Below are positions 38,670-48,268 of a DNA stretch of 50,828 nt, in pieces (within the stretch, counting starts at the first letter, position 1; each line of letters opens with the position of its first letter). The translations under genes were made by a program, and so were the position numbers. The DNA lies in contig JBBIML010000021.1 in assembly GCA_037444405.1 (NCBI GenBank), positions 1 through 50,828 on the forward strand, written 5' to 3'. The notes beneath the pieces are model-generated. The model saw nothing but the letters and a program-made list of their open reading frames with translations. It did not search any database and had not been told where the DNA came from. This stretch comes from Armatimonadota bacterium (GTDB taxonomy: Bacteria; Armatimonadota; Fimbriimonadia; Fimbriimonadales; GBS-DC).

Positions 38670-38859
38670 TTAAACGGGCATCTTTCATGATGATTGAGCG
38701 ATGACTGATGGATGTGGTGCTGTACACAGGTATGCAAACCCTTCCCTTCAGCGAACGACTGTGGGCGCAACCCATCAGCGCACTGCGGGAGGCTCCATAG
38801 CTCTTCAGAAGGTATAATCTCCCGTCGGGCAGATGCCCCGCTAACAGGAGGAACAAACC

Positions 38860-41800
38860 ATGCGAAAAGCAACTACGCTGATGGTCGGGCTTTTAATGCT
38901 GACGCTTTTGCTGGGCGCGTACGCGCAGGAGAAGGTGCAACTCGTCTATCGCGCCAAAGCCGGTCAAACGATGCGCTACCGGCTCAACGCCACCATCACC
39001 GTCGAAGCCGCCGGAAGAACCTTCAATCTCGAAATCAGCAGTGTCGCCGTGCAGAAGGTGCTGGAGGTCACCCCCGAAGGCAACATTAAGCAGGAACAGA
39101 CCACCGAATCGTACGAGATGACCTTCAACGGCAACAAGATGCCCACCCCGGAAGAGGCGCTGCGCGAGCGCACCGTGACCACCATCAAACCCAACGGCGA
39201 GATCATCGCCAGAGAGTCGGAAGGCTCTGACCAGGACGCCGATTCGCGCCAGATGAGCCAGGCGTTTGCCCTGATTTTCCCCGCCAACCCCGTCGGCGCG
39301 GGCGACCAATGGAGCTATACCTTCAAAGAAGATTCGAAAGCGGGCACGGTGCCAGGCACAGCCGAGTACACCCTGAAGGGCTTTGAAGAGTGGAAGGGCA
39401 TCCGTGTCGCCCGTATCACAAGCGCTTACACAGCTGGCGGCGACAGCAAGCTGAACGCCGTTATCGAGTTCCTTGTGGAGGTGCGCACGGGCGACACAGT
39501 ATACGCCACTGGCAGGGTGGAAGGCATGCAATTCGGCGAATCGGGCGCTGGCGCCGCGGCAAAAGCGCAGGTGGAGTACGAGCGCATCGAGGGCACACCG
39601 CTGCCAGAAGGCGAACCAGTCGCGCCCGCCCCCGCTAAACCCGAAGCCAAACCCGCTGATCAACAGCCTGCTCAAGCCCAACCGCAGACCGATAAGCCCG
39701 CACAGCCCGAAAAGAGCGAACAGAAGACCGAACAGAAAGCCGAGACCAGGAAAGAGAAGACCATCGACGAGGTGGTCAAGGACTTCGAGAAGCTGGACGG
39801 GCTGTTCACCCTCTACCGCAAGAAGGAGGCGGGCAAAGACACCCTCTATATGGCAATCCGTGAAGACCAGCTGAACAAACTCTACTTCCTGCAGGCGACG
39901 GTCAGCGAAGGTATCCCCACCTTCTTCCTGGCGGCGGGCACGCCCATCAACGACCTCGTGTTCAAGTTCGTTCGCCGCGACGAGCAAATTCTGCTGGTGG
40001 AGCCGAACCTGCGCTTCTATGCCGACCCCCAAAAACCCATCGCCCGCTCGGTGCAGCGCTCCTTCGCCGACGCCTATCTGGAGGCGTTCAAAATCGAAGC
40101 CAAGGACAAGGAGGGCAAGACCTTCCTGATTGATGTGTCGAACTTCTTCCGCTCCGATGTGATACAGATTCAGCAGCTGGCGAGCGCGGCGGCTGGCGGC
40201 AACTACACCATCGACCGCGAGAAGACCGCCTACCTCGCCGTGAAGGCGTTCCCGAACAACATCTTCGTGCAGACGGCGTACCACTTCACGGGTGGTCCTC
40301 AGCGTGGGGGCGGGCTGTCAGGGCTGATTGCGGGGCTTGCAGGCGGCGCGGAGTTAGCTGACCCACGCAGCCTGCCCATCACGGTCAACTACAACCTGTG
40401 GGAGCTGCCCGTCAACAACGGCTATCGCCCGCGCCTCTATGACCCGCGCGTCGGCTACTTCTACACCGAATATCTCGACTTCACCACCGACCAGCCGCAG
40501 CAGGAGAAGCGCTACATCCTGCGCTGGAAACTGGAAAAAGCCGACCCAAACGCGCCCCTCTCACCTCCAAAAGAGCCAATCGTCTTCTGGCTCGATAACG
40601 CCATCCCCGAAGAGTATCGCGACGCCATCCGCGAGGGCATCCTGGAATGGAACAAGGCGTTCGAAAAGATTGGCATCAAGGACGCGATTGTGGTCAAGCA
40701 GATGCCCGACGATGCCGACTGGGATCACGCCGATATGCGCTACAATGTGGTTCGCTGGGTCTCCTCGCCCAATAATGGCTATGCGGTCGCACTCTTTCGG
40801 GTGAACCCCATCACGGGTCAGATTCTGAACGCCAGCATCACCATCGACGGCAACATGGCACGCATCACGCGCCTGATCTATCAGCGCGATATCGACCCCC
40901 TGGCGGCGTTCCGCGAGGCGGAAGCGTGGGAGAAAGGTTATGTCCATTACGACCCGCGCGTCTGCACGCTCGCCGAAGGCTCCATGTTCCGCGCCTGGAT
41001 GGGCTACCTGATGATGAACCTGCTTGCCCCACGCCGCAACGCCACTCGCACCACCGAAGACCAGTTCGTGAAGGACTACCTGCGCTCGGTGACGATGCAC
41101 GAGATGGGGCACATTCTGGGGCTGCGCCATAACTTCGTCGCCAGCCGCCTGAACACGCTGGAGGAGCTGGCAAATGGCAACCTCGTTCGACAGCGCGGCA
41201 CTGTCGCCAGCGTGATGGAGTATGACCCGTTCAATCAGATGGCGCTCCACGCGCCCAACACCGTCTACTGGAACCCGACCATCGGTCCCTACGACTACTG
41301 GGCAATCGAGTACGGCTACAAGGATTTTGGCGTCGCCACGCCCGAAGCCGAGAAGCCGTATCTGAACGTCATCGCACGGCGCAACACCGAGCCGGGACTG
41401 GCGTTCGAGACCGACGAGTATGCCGACCGCTTTGACCCCTATGTGACGCGTTTCGATCTGGGGCGCGACCCCATCGCCTACTGGGAGCTGACGCTGAAGG
41501 ACACTGACGAACTGCTCAAAGTTCTGCCCAGTCGTGTACCGCGCCCTGGCGAGAGCTATTACGAGTTCACCCGCTACTTCTTCAGCGTGCTGGCGAACTA
41601 CAGTCAGGCGGCAGTGCAGCTGAGCCGATTTATTGGTGCGCTGCAGATTCGGCGCAACTTCCGTGACGACCCGAACGCACAGCCGCCCCTGAAGCCGATG
41701 GATGGCGCGACCCAGCGGCGCGCGCTGAACCTGCTGGTGAAATATATCTTCTCGGAGCGGGCGTTCAATCTGCCAAAGAGCTACTACGACAAGCTGGCGC

Positions 41801-42321
41801 CGAACCCTGCGCGTGGGGGCGGTCCCATCCCGCCTGATGCGCCCGTGCGCGATTTCGTCAGCAACATCCAGCGGCTCACGCTCACGCGCCTGCTCGCGCC
41901 CGACACCCTGCGCCGCATCGTGAACAACGAGTTCAAACAGGGCGGCTCAAAAGAGACCTTTACCCTCGCCGAGATGTTCCGCACCCTGCAGGACGCCATC
42001 TGGTCGGAAGCGCCATCGGGCAAGCCGGTGAACGCGCTCCGACGCCTCCTGCAACGCGCCTACCTCCAGCAGATGACCGATATGCTGGTCAAAAGCTCGG
42101 CGGCGCCCGACGACGCGAAGATGCTGGCACGCTACCACCTGCGCCGACTGCACGCCCAGCTGAAACAGACACTGCCGAAGGTGCAGGACGACTACACCCG
42201 CGCCCACTATAGCGAAGCCATCGACACCATCGAGAAAGCCCTCAACGCGCAGTATATGCTGGGCATGCCTGAGGTGCGCGTGCCATCCCTCATGGAGCTG
42301 CTGGGGCTGGGACGCGAGTGA
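38860..42321 (+). CDS. Secreted zinc-dependent metalloprotease (metzincin, EcxA/DUF4953-DUF5117-like) with extra N-terminal domain
   Basis: HEMGHILGLRHNF, SVMEY Met-turn, DPRVGYF, IGPYDYWAIEYGY; Pro/Gln/Lys linker. Confidence 0.88.
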   Translation: MRKATTLMVGLLMLTLLLGAYAQEKVQLVYRAKAGQTMRYRLNATITVEAAGRTFNLEISSVAVQKVLEVTPEGNIKQEQTTESYEMTFNGNKMPTPEEALRERTVTTIKPNGEIIARESEGSDQDADSRQMSQAFALIFPANPVGAGDQWSYTFKEDSKAGTVPGTAEYTLKGFEEWKGIRVARITSAYTAGGDSKLNAVIEFLVEVRTGDTVYATGRVEGMQFGESGAGAAAKAQVEYERIEGTPLPEGEPVAPAPAKPEAKPADQQPAQAQPQTDKPAQPEKSEQKTEQKAETRKEKTIDEVVKDFEKLDGLFTLYRKKEAGKDTLYMAIREDQLNKLYFLQATVSEGIPTFFLAAGTPINDLVFKFVRRDEQILLVEPNLRFYADPQKPIARSVQRSFADAYLEAFKIEAKDKEGKTFLIDVSNFFRSDVIQIQQLASAAAGGNYTIDREKTAYLAVKAFPNNIFVQTAYHFTGGPQRGGGLSGLIAGLAGGAELADPRSLPITVNYNLWELPVNNGYRPRLYDPRVGYFYTEYLDFTTDQPQQEKRYILRWKLEKADPNAPLSPPKEPIVFWLDNAIPEEYRDAIREGILEWNKAFEKIGIKDAIVVKQMPDDADWDHADMRYNVVRWVSSPNNGYAVALFRVNPITGQILNASITIDGNMARITRLIYQRDIDPLAAFREAEAWEKGYVHYDPRVCTLAEGSMFRAWMGYLMMNLLAPRRNATRTTEDQFVKDYLRSVTMHEMGHILGLRHNFVASRLNTLEELANGNLVRQRGTVASVMEYDPFNQMALHAPNTVYWNPTIGPYDYWAIEYGYKDFGVATPEAEKPYLNVIARRNTEPGLAFETDEYADRFDPYVTRFDLGRDPIAYWELTLKDTDELLKVLPSRVPRPGESYYEFTRYFFSVLANYSQAAVQLSRFIGALQIRRNFRDDPNAQPPLKPMDGATQRRALNLLVKYIFSERAFNLPKSYYDKLAPNPARGGGPIPPDAPVRDFVSNIQRLTLTRLLAPDTLRRIVNNEFKQGGSKETFTLAEMFRTLQDAIWSEAPSGKPVNALRRLLQRAYLQQMTDMLVKSSAAPDDAKMLARYHLRRLHAQLKQTLPKVQDDYTRAHYSEAIDTIEKALNAQYMLGMPEVRVPSLMELLGLGRE

Positions 42322-42350
42322 GTCGCTTGAGCATTTCACCCGGAAAAATA

Positions 42351-42415
42351 CCCCCTCACCCGCACCCTCTCCCCCTGAAGGGGGAGAGGGTCTTTCTATT
42401 CAAAGCCGACCTGCC
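42351..42415. repeat. REP/REPIN-like element, left half
   Basis: CCCCTCACCCGCACCCTCTCCCCCTGAAGGGGGAGAGGGT hairpin (13-bp arms 42364-42376 and 42379-42391) between convergent genes. Confidence 0.7.
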
Positions 42416-42441
42416 CATGAATCGCAAGGGATTAACCACAC

Positions 42442-43533
42442 CTACACCTGCGAACCCGCCACCTTCTGCAGAATCCCCTCAATCTCGGCGACCTTTTGCG
42501 GGGCGGTGAAGCTGGCGGCGATGCGCTGGTGAGCGTTGTGGGCGCGGCGGGCACGCTCGTCAGGCTGACGGATTGCCATTAGAAGCGCGTCAGCCAGCGC
42601 ATCGGGATCGCGCGGCGGCACGAGCCAGCCGTCAATCCCGTCGCGCACCGCCTCCGGAATGCCGCCCACGCGCGTCGCCAGCACGGGCAACCCCATCCAC
42701 ATCGCCTCCAGCAGCGCCATCGGTAGCATATCGTTCAGCGTCGGCAGTGCGTAGAGATCACATGCCTGCAGCAGGCGCGGCACATCCGGGCGCACACCCA
42801 GCCAGCACACATACGGCTCCAGCTGGAGCCGCTCAATTTCGCGCCGAATCTGCTCGCCATAGCGGGGCGGATGCACCGTGCCCACCAGCAGCACGCGCAC
42901 CTGCGGCGCCTCGCGCACAATCGACGGCAACGCGCGAACGAGATAAATCTGACCCTTGCGCGGGATGATGTTGCCCACCACGCCCACCACAAACGCACCC
43001 GGCTCCAGCCTCAGTTCCGCCCGCATCTGCGCCCGAACCGCCTTATCGGGCAGCGGCAACCGCTCCGGCTCAATAAAACCATGCACCACGCTGATGCGGT
43101 GCGGCGGCACACGATTGTAGCGCATATGATAGCGGCGCGTCTGCTCCGAGACGGCAATAATGTGGTCCGCCATGCGCCAGTGGAAATGAAGCGTGTGCGC
43201 ATGCGCTCGCAACACAGCGGGCACGCCTGTCAGGCGGCGCAACCACACCGCAAAGTTGTTCGCCCGCGACATATGCGCCAGAACTACCTCAATCTGTTGC
43301 TCGCGGCAGAAGCGTGCGACGGCTCGCAAATCGTGCAGGGGCAATCGTCGCAGCTCCGATTCCAGCGTGGGAATGCCTGCCGCCCGCGCCTGCTGCAATA
43401 CCCACGCGCCCGGTCGACCCAGCAAATAGACCATGTTGCCGCGCCGATGCAGCTCCTTCGCGATTTGCAGGGTATGCACCGTCGCCCCGCACACATCCCT
43501 GCCCGACACAATCTCCAGAATACGCATCGCCAT
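42442..43533 (-). CDS. GT4 (GT-B fold) glycosyltransferase
   Basis: RKGQ..L, DVPRLLQACD, LLEAMWMGLPVLATRVGGIPE. Confidence 0.88.
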   Translation of the reverse strand: MAMRILEIVSGRDVCGATVHTLQIAKELHRRGNMVYLLGRPGAWVLQQARAAGIPTLESELRRLPLHDLRAVARFCREQQIEVVLAHMSRANNFAVWLRRLTGVPAVLRAHAHTLHFHWRMADHIIAVSEQTRRYHMRYNRVPPHRISVVHGFIEPERLPLPDKAVRAQMRAELRLEPGAFVVGVVGNIIPRKGQIYLVRALPSIVREAPQVRVLLVGTVHPPRYGEQIRREIERLQLEPYVCWLGVRPDVPRLLQACDLYALPTLNDMLPMALLEAMWMGLPVLATRVGGIPEAVRDGIDGWLVPPRDPDALADALLMAIRQPDERARRAHNAHQRIAASFTAPQKVAEIEGILQKVAGSQV

Positions 43534-43601
43534 CAAGCAATATACCTTCTGCGAACGCGCGTGCTATAATCATGGCGGTGCAGCGATTGTTCGGGAGCGA
43601 A

Positions 43602-44633
43602 ATGCCAGCGGAGGGCATCGGTATTCAGGTGCGGGGCGGCGTGATCAGCCGTTTTGGGCTGGAGGAGGAACTGTTCATCACGGAGCCGACGCGCCCCCAC
43701 CTGAGTTCGCTCTACTACATGTCGCGCCTGCTGCTGCGCAATCCGCGCCACTACTATCGCTATTCGGCGACCAACTTCTCGCGAGGCGCCGACGCGCGCG
43801 AGTGCCTGATGAGCACTATCGAGATCGCGACGACACCCCAGCCCACGCCCGATGCGCTGCTGCGCGAGCTGCTCCTGCGTCGGCGTGAACTGACCGAGGC
43901 GGTTCGCGAAGCCTATATTGTGCCCGTGGGACATCTTTTCGACCTCGAATCGCCCACCAACACGGGCGGGTTGCACCTGCATCTGACCGTGCCCGACGAG
44001 GCGCGTGCGCGCATCTATGCGAATATCGCCTACTTCCTGCCCCTGCTGATTCTGCTCTCGGCGAGCAGTCCCTATGCGGGCGGGCGATATTTTGGACCCT
44101 CCTATCGCGTGGCGCACTCCTTCGCGATTGGCGCCCTGCGCGACGACCCCACCTACCGCTTTCAGGACCTGATCTTTGCGCGACGGCTGGGCACGATTGA
44201 GATTCGCGCGTTCGACCCCATCTGGGATCGGGAGCGGTTGCGCTGGCTGCTGCTATGCGTGCAGGCGATTGCGAATATCCCGCACGCCTATCCGCTGGAT
44301 CGCGAGCGGTATGCAGAGTTGCGCGAGCAGGCGGCGTGCGAGGGCTACACGCCTGCCCTGCAACGGCTCTATCGCGAGCTGCGTGCGTGGATCGACCTGC
44401 CCGAAAGCCTTCTCATCCGCACGGCGTCGGACGAGATTGCCGAATGGGTGGCGCGCGAGGGCATCGAGGCGACCTGCGCCGCGCTGGATCACGCCTATCG
44501 GTATGGCAAGCTGCAGCGTGTGCCACCGCGCGCGCTCAAGCCCTCACTCTGGCGCGGCATCGCGGGCTTCGCTGGCTACTATCTGTTGCGCCTGCCGTAT
44601 GTTGCCTACAAAGCCTGGCGCGAATGGCATTAG
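43602..44633 (+). CDS. Glutamate--cysteine ligase family 2 (GCS2/YbdK-like) carboxylate-amine ligase; start uncertain (43602 or 43641)
   Basis: FGLEEELFI, IEIAT, GLHLHL, SASSPY, GTIEIRAFD. Confidence 0.75.
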   Translation: MPAEGIGIQVRGGVISRFGLEEELFITEPTRPHLSSLYYMSRLLLRNPRHYYRYSATNFSRGADARECLMSTIEIATTPQPTPDALLRELLLRRRELTEAVREAYIVPVGHLFDLESPTNTGGLHLHLTVPDEARARIYANIAYFLPLLILLSASSPYAGGRYFGPSYRVAHSFAIGALRDDPTYRFQDLIFARRLGTIEIRAFDPIWDRERLRWLLLCVQAIANIPHAYPLDRERYAELREQAACEGYTPALQRLYRELRAWIDLPESLLIRTASDEIAEWVAREGIEATCAALDHAYRYGKLQRVPPRALKPSLWRGIAGFAGYYLLRLPYVAYKAWREWH

Positions 44634-47611
44634 CCCATCACCTGCAGCACCGATTCGACCGTTTCGCGGAAGCGCGCTTCCAGCTCGTCAGCGGAGTCGT
44701 AATCGAGGCTGCGGGCGAGGATCGTCAGTCGCTCGCCTGTGGGCAGGAGGTCGGGTTGCGCCTCGAACAGCAGGGCGACGCGGTTGCGCAGCTGATAGAA
44801 AAAGAGCCACGCGCTCTGAAGCACCTCATAGTCGGCGCGATGGAGGGCGCCCACCTGCAGCAGCCAGTTCAGCATCATGAGTGTGCCCGTGTGCATGCCG
44901 TCCGTCGCGCCAGATTGCGAGCGTGCCTCCAGCACGCGCTGTTGTACCCAGAACTCGATGGCTGTCAGGGTGCCGCGTCCGAGTTTCAGGTGTCGCTCGC
45001 GCTGTTCAGGCGGCACGCGCTCGGTCAGCGCACGCTCGACGAGATGCTGGATTGCCGCGCGCTCCCCTTCTGAAAGCGGTTTGCCGAAGCGGAAGGTGTT
45101 CAGAGCGTTCAGGAACGGCTCGGTGAGCGGCGATTCGGGGTTCAGCGGGCGGATGCGCAGCGCGGCGAGTCGCTCCCACGGCTCGGCATGACGCTCGAAG
45201 TAGTCGCGCCAGCCCTGCAGGGTGCGCACGAGCGCGCCCGCGCCGCCTTCAGGGCGCAGGCGTGCATCCACCGGGCGGAACGCCCCCGCCTCCATCAGCC
45301 GCTGGCAGAGCTGCACACAGCGTGTGGCAATCGCCGTCGCCACTGGCAGGCTCGCCTCATCCGGGCAGATGAAGCCGATGTCCCAGTCGCTGGCATAGCT
45401 GAGATCGCCCGCGCCCAGACTGCCGAACCCGATCAGCAGGCACGCCTTCGCGACCACCTGCGCGTGTGCCTGACCCTCGAATTGCTCCTCGTCGATCTGG
45501 CGGGCGGCTTCCGCCCATGCTGTTAGCAGCAGCGTGTCGGCGAGCGCGGTCAGGTCGGCAGCGGTGTCGGTCGGCTCCGTTTCACCCCACAGGTCGCGCG
45601 CGCCGATGCGCAGCCACTCGCGGCGGGCATAGGCGGCGATGTTCGCCATGCGGGCGCGCGCCGTGCGGCAACTGATCAGCCGTTGCTGGAGCGATTCGCG
45701 GTGCGCCGTGTGCGACTTGGCGCCATAGGCGAGTATCTCCTCGCCAAACAGCATATCGAGCAGTTCCAGGTGCGCCATCAGGTGGTTCCACAGCACGGGC
45801 GACTGCGCGAGCTGGGCAAGGCGGTTCAGCACTTCGGGGCTGTCGGCGAAGGTGGTGTAGAGCACGGCACGGTTCGGCATCGCGTCGGCTAACCGCTCCA
45901 GCGCGGTGAGCGCAAGGTCCGGGTCGGGGGGGGGCGCGCACGCCAGCAACAGTTCGGGCAGGATGCGCTCGAAGGTGCGGCGTGTGGCGGGATCGGGCAA
46001 CCCGTGCTGGGTGCCGACGGTCGGCACGAGCAGGCGGGCGTATGCCTGGTCCGGCTGGCGGAAGCCCAGCGCCTCCAGCGTTGCCTGCCAGCGCGATTGA
46101 CCCTCCGGCGTGCCCAGCAGCTCGACCTCACCCTTCGGCAGCGGTTGAGAAGCAGCGGCGATGGCTGCCACCTCTTCCCAGAATGCGCGGGCGACGGCTC
46201 GATGCGCCTGCAGCGCCTGCTCGAACGCCTCAGGATGTTCAAAACCCATCGAGCGGGCGAAGCGGGCACGGGCGTCTGTGCCCGGCGCGGGCAGTGCGTG
46301 CGTCTGATGACCATAGATGAGCTGGAGCCGATGCTCCATCGTGCGCAGGAAGCAGTAGGCATCATGCAGCGCGCGCGCCTGCTCGGCGGTTATCAGGCGC
46401 GCCTGGTGCAGGCGACGCAGCGCATTGAGCGTGTTCGGCGTGCGCACCTGCGAGAGCTGACCCCCATACAGCAGTTGCAGTCCCTGCACGCCGAACTCGA
46501 TATCGCGGATGCCGCCCCAGCCGTTCTTGATGTCAGTCTCCCACTCGTTGCGGGCGCGGGATTGCGCCTCCGAGCGTCGCTTCTGATCCAGAATCGCCTC
46601 CCATTCTTCCGCGCTGGTGCGGCGTCGATAGACGAAGGGCGTGAGGCTCTGCAGGAACGCCTGCCCGACCTGCGGGTCGCCAGCGGCAACACGCGCCTTG
46701 AGCAGCGCCTGACGCTCCCACACCTCCGCCCAGTTCTCGTAGTAGTGCCGCGCGGAGCTGAGCGTGCGCACAATCGGACCGAACCGCCCTTCCGGGCGCA
46801 GGCGCAGGTCGACACGAAACACGATTCCGCGCCTCATCGGGCGCGAGAGCGCATCCACCACGCGCTCGCACAGCCGCGTGAGCGCAGGCAATCGGTCGGG
46901 CGTGCCCGCCTCATCGCTGGCGATAAAGATGAGATCGACATCGGAGCTGTAGTTCAGCTCGCGCCCGCCCCACTTGCCCAGTGCAATCACCGCGAGCGGG
47001 ATATTTGCCCCCTCACCCGTACCCTCTCTCCCCTGGGGAGAGGGTCGGGGTGAGGGGAACATCTCAAGCAGGCAAATCTCCAGCGCCGCCTGCACGCAGG
47101 CGTCCGCCAGATCGGAAAGCGCGCTCGCCACCTCAGGCAGTGTGAAGTGTCCCAGCAGATCCAGCGCGGTGATGCGCACATACTCCATCTGACGAAAGTG
47201 GCGCAGGCGATCCAGGCGCATCAGATGCGAAGTGCAGGGCGCCAGCAGCCGCTTCAAATCGCGATAGAAATCCGCACGACGACGCCGACGCAACAGCAGC
47301 GCAGGGTCTAACAGCAGCTCCATCAGTTCGGGGTTCTGCAGGAGCGTGTCCGCCATATAGGGCGAGAGCGCAAGCATACGGAGCGGCGCCTGAAGCACAG
47401 CGGGCGATTCGGCAAACAGACGATAGTAGGTCAGCGGGTTGCCCATCACCTCCAGCCAGCGATCCAGATACGCCAGCAGGCGGTTGGGGTCGGGCGCCTC
47501 ACGCAACGCCTGCTCCAGCACAGGCGCGAAACGGTCGAACAGCTCCGCCTGCTGCCCCGCGCCGCGCAACCGCTCCCAGAGTTTGGGTTGATTAGCACCA
47601 GTTGGGTTCAT
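44630..47611 (-). CDS. glnE: Bifunctional glutamine synthetase adenylyltransferase/deadenylylase
   Basis: Two nucleotidyltransferase modules: GKWGGRELNYSSDVDLIF/VDLRLRPEG and GSLGAGDLSYASDWD/VDARLRPEG; GGIRDIEF. Confidence 0.9.
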   Translation of the reverse strand: MNPTGANQPKLWERLRGAGQQAELFDRFAPVLEQALREAPDPNRLLAYLDRWLEVMGNPLTYYRLFAESPAVLQAPLRMLALSPYMADTLLQNPELMELLLDPALLLRRRRRADFYRDLKRLLAPCTSHLMRLDRLRHFRQMEYVRITALDLLGHFTLPEVASALSDLADACVQAALEICLLEMFPSPRPSPQGREGTGEGANIPLAVIALGKWGGRELNYSSDVDLIFIASDEAGTPDRLPALTRLCERVVDALSRPMRRGIVFRVDLRLRPEGRFGPIVRTLSSARHYYENWAEVWERQALLKARVAAGDPQVGQAFLQSLTPFVYRRRTSAEEWEAILDQKRRSEAQSRARNEWETDIKNGWGGIRDIEFGVQGLQLLYGGQLSQVRTPNTLNALRRLHQARLITAEQARALHDAYCFLRTMEHRLQLIYGHQTHALPAPGTDARARFARSMGFEHPEAFEQALQAHRAVARAFWEEVAAIAAASQPLPKGEVELLGTPEGQSRWQATLEALGFRQPDQAYARLLVPTVGTQHGLPDPATRRTFERILPELLLACAPPPDPDLALTALERLADAMPNRAVLYTTFADSPEVLNRLAQLAQSPVLWNHLMAHLELLDMLFGEEILAYGAKSHTAHRESLQQRLISCRTARARMANIAAYARREWLRIGARDLWGETEPTDTAADLTALADTLLLTAWAEAARQIDEEQFEGQAHAQVVAKACLLIGFGSLGAGDLSYASDWDIGFICPDEASLPVATAIATRCVQLCQRLMEAGAFRPVDARLRPEGGAGALVRTLQGWRDYFERHAEPWERLAALRIRPLNPESPLTEPFLNALNTFRFGKPLSEGERAAIQHLVERALTERVPPEQRERHLKLGRGTLTAIEFWVQQRVLEARSQSGATDGMHTGTLMMLNWLLQVGALHRADYEVLQSAWLFFYQLRNRVALLFEAQPDLLPTGERLTILARSLDYDSADELEARFRETVESVLQVMG
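47009..47057. repeat. REP-like palindrome inside the glnE coding sequence
   Basis: CCCCTCACCCGTACCCTCTCTCCCCTGGGGAGAGGGTCGGGGTGAGGGG; same family as the 23.5 kb and 42.35 kb copies. Confidence 0.8.
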
Positions 47612-47630
47612 ATAGTTGCGTAGTGTGCTT

Positions 47631-48041
47631 CTAAATCGAATTCAAGAGTGTAAACCCAAAGTCTTCAAAGTCGATATCAACAGCCAGCGCATGTTGAATA
47701 TTCAGTTTATTCATTATCACAAAACTTACACAATCAACAAGGCTTACTCGTCGACGATTTGTTGCTCGCAGCAAACTCTCGCCCTGTAAATGCTCATCTC
47801 GTGTGATCCATTCTATGTTTATCACAGGCAATATGTTATCTATAAAATCATATGCTGGCTCTAATCCATGTCGATTCTGTAAAACAGCAATCGTTTCCAC
47901 AATCACATAGTTCGTTATCGACGTATACAGTAATGCGCCACTTGTCAACAGCCTGCTAAAAAGGGTGCTGGCTTGTGCATGAAAGGAATCATCGGCATTA
48001 ATGAGAGCCAGAAAAGCCGAAGTGTCTACAAAGACTTTCAT
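47631..48041 (-). CDS. vapC: PIN domain toxin (VapC family)
   Basis: FVDTSA, VIVET, SLVDCVSF, AVDIDF acidic PIN residues; AT-richer than its flanks. Confidence 0.85.
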   Translation of the reverse strand: MKVFVDTSAFLALINADDSFHAQASTLFSRLLTSGALLYTSITNYVIVETIAVLQNRHGLEPAYDFIDNILPVINIEWITRDEHLQGESLLRATNRRRVSLVDCVSFVIMNKLNIQHALAVDIDFEDFGFTLLNSI

Positions 48042-48268
48042 TGCTCCTCACTAAGATACAGGTCATGATTTTCCGCAAGGTCGCGAATACCCAGGTGGTA
48101 CTTCCCAACCACCGACAGTGCCTTCTGGACGCGCTGTTGATATTCAGCTGACTCGCGCTCCAGAAGGAGGCGAACCGCCTCTTCTATTAACCTCTCGACG
48201 CTGATGGCACGGCTGTCGGCGATTCGCCGCAGTTCCTGTTCCAGTTCCCGACTCAACCTGATTGGCAT
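48038..48268 (-). CDS. Ribbon-helix-helix/CopG-type antitoxin
   Basis: IRLSRELEQELRRIA...SVERLIEEAV; DLAENHDLYL tail; overlaps the toxin start (ATGA). Confidence 0.8.
   Translation of the reverse strand: MPIRLSRELEQELRRIADSRAISVERLIEEAVRLLLERESAEYQQRVQKALSVVGKYHLGIRDLAENHDLYLSEEQ

Noticed and set aside
42318..42509. 63-aa ORF after the metalloprotease
   Set aside because: It is a translation of the REP-like repeat (PPHPHPLPLKGER) and overlaps the GT4 gene end
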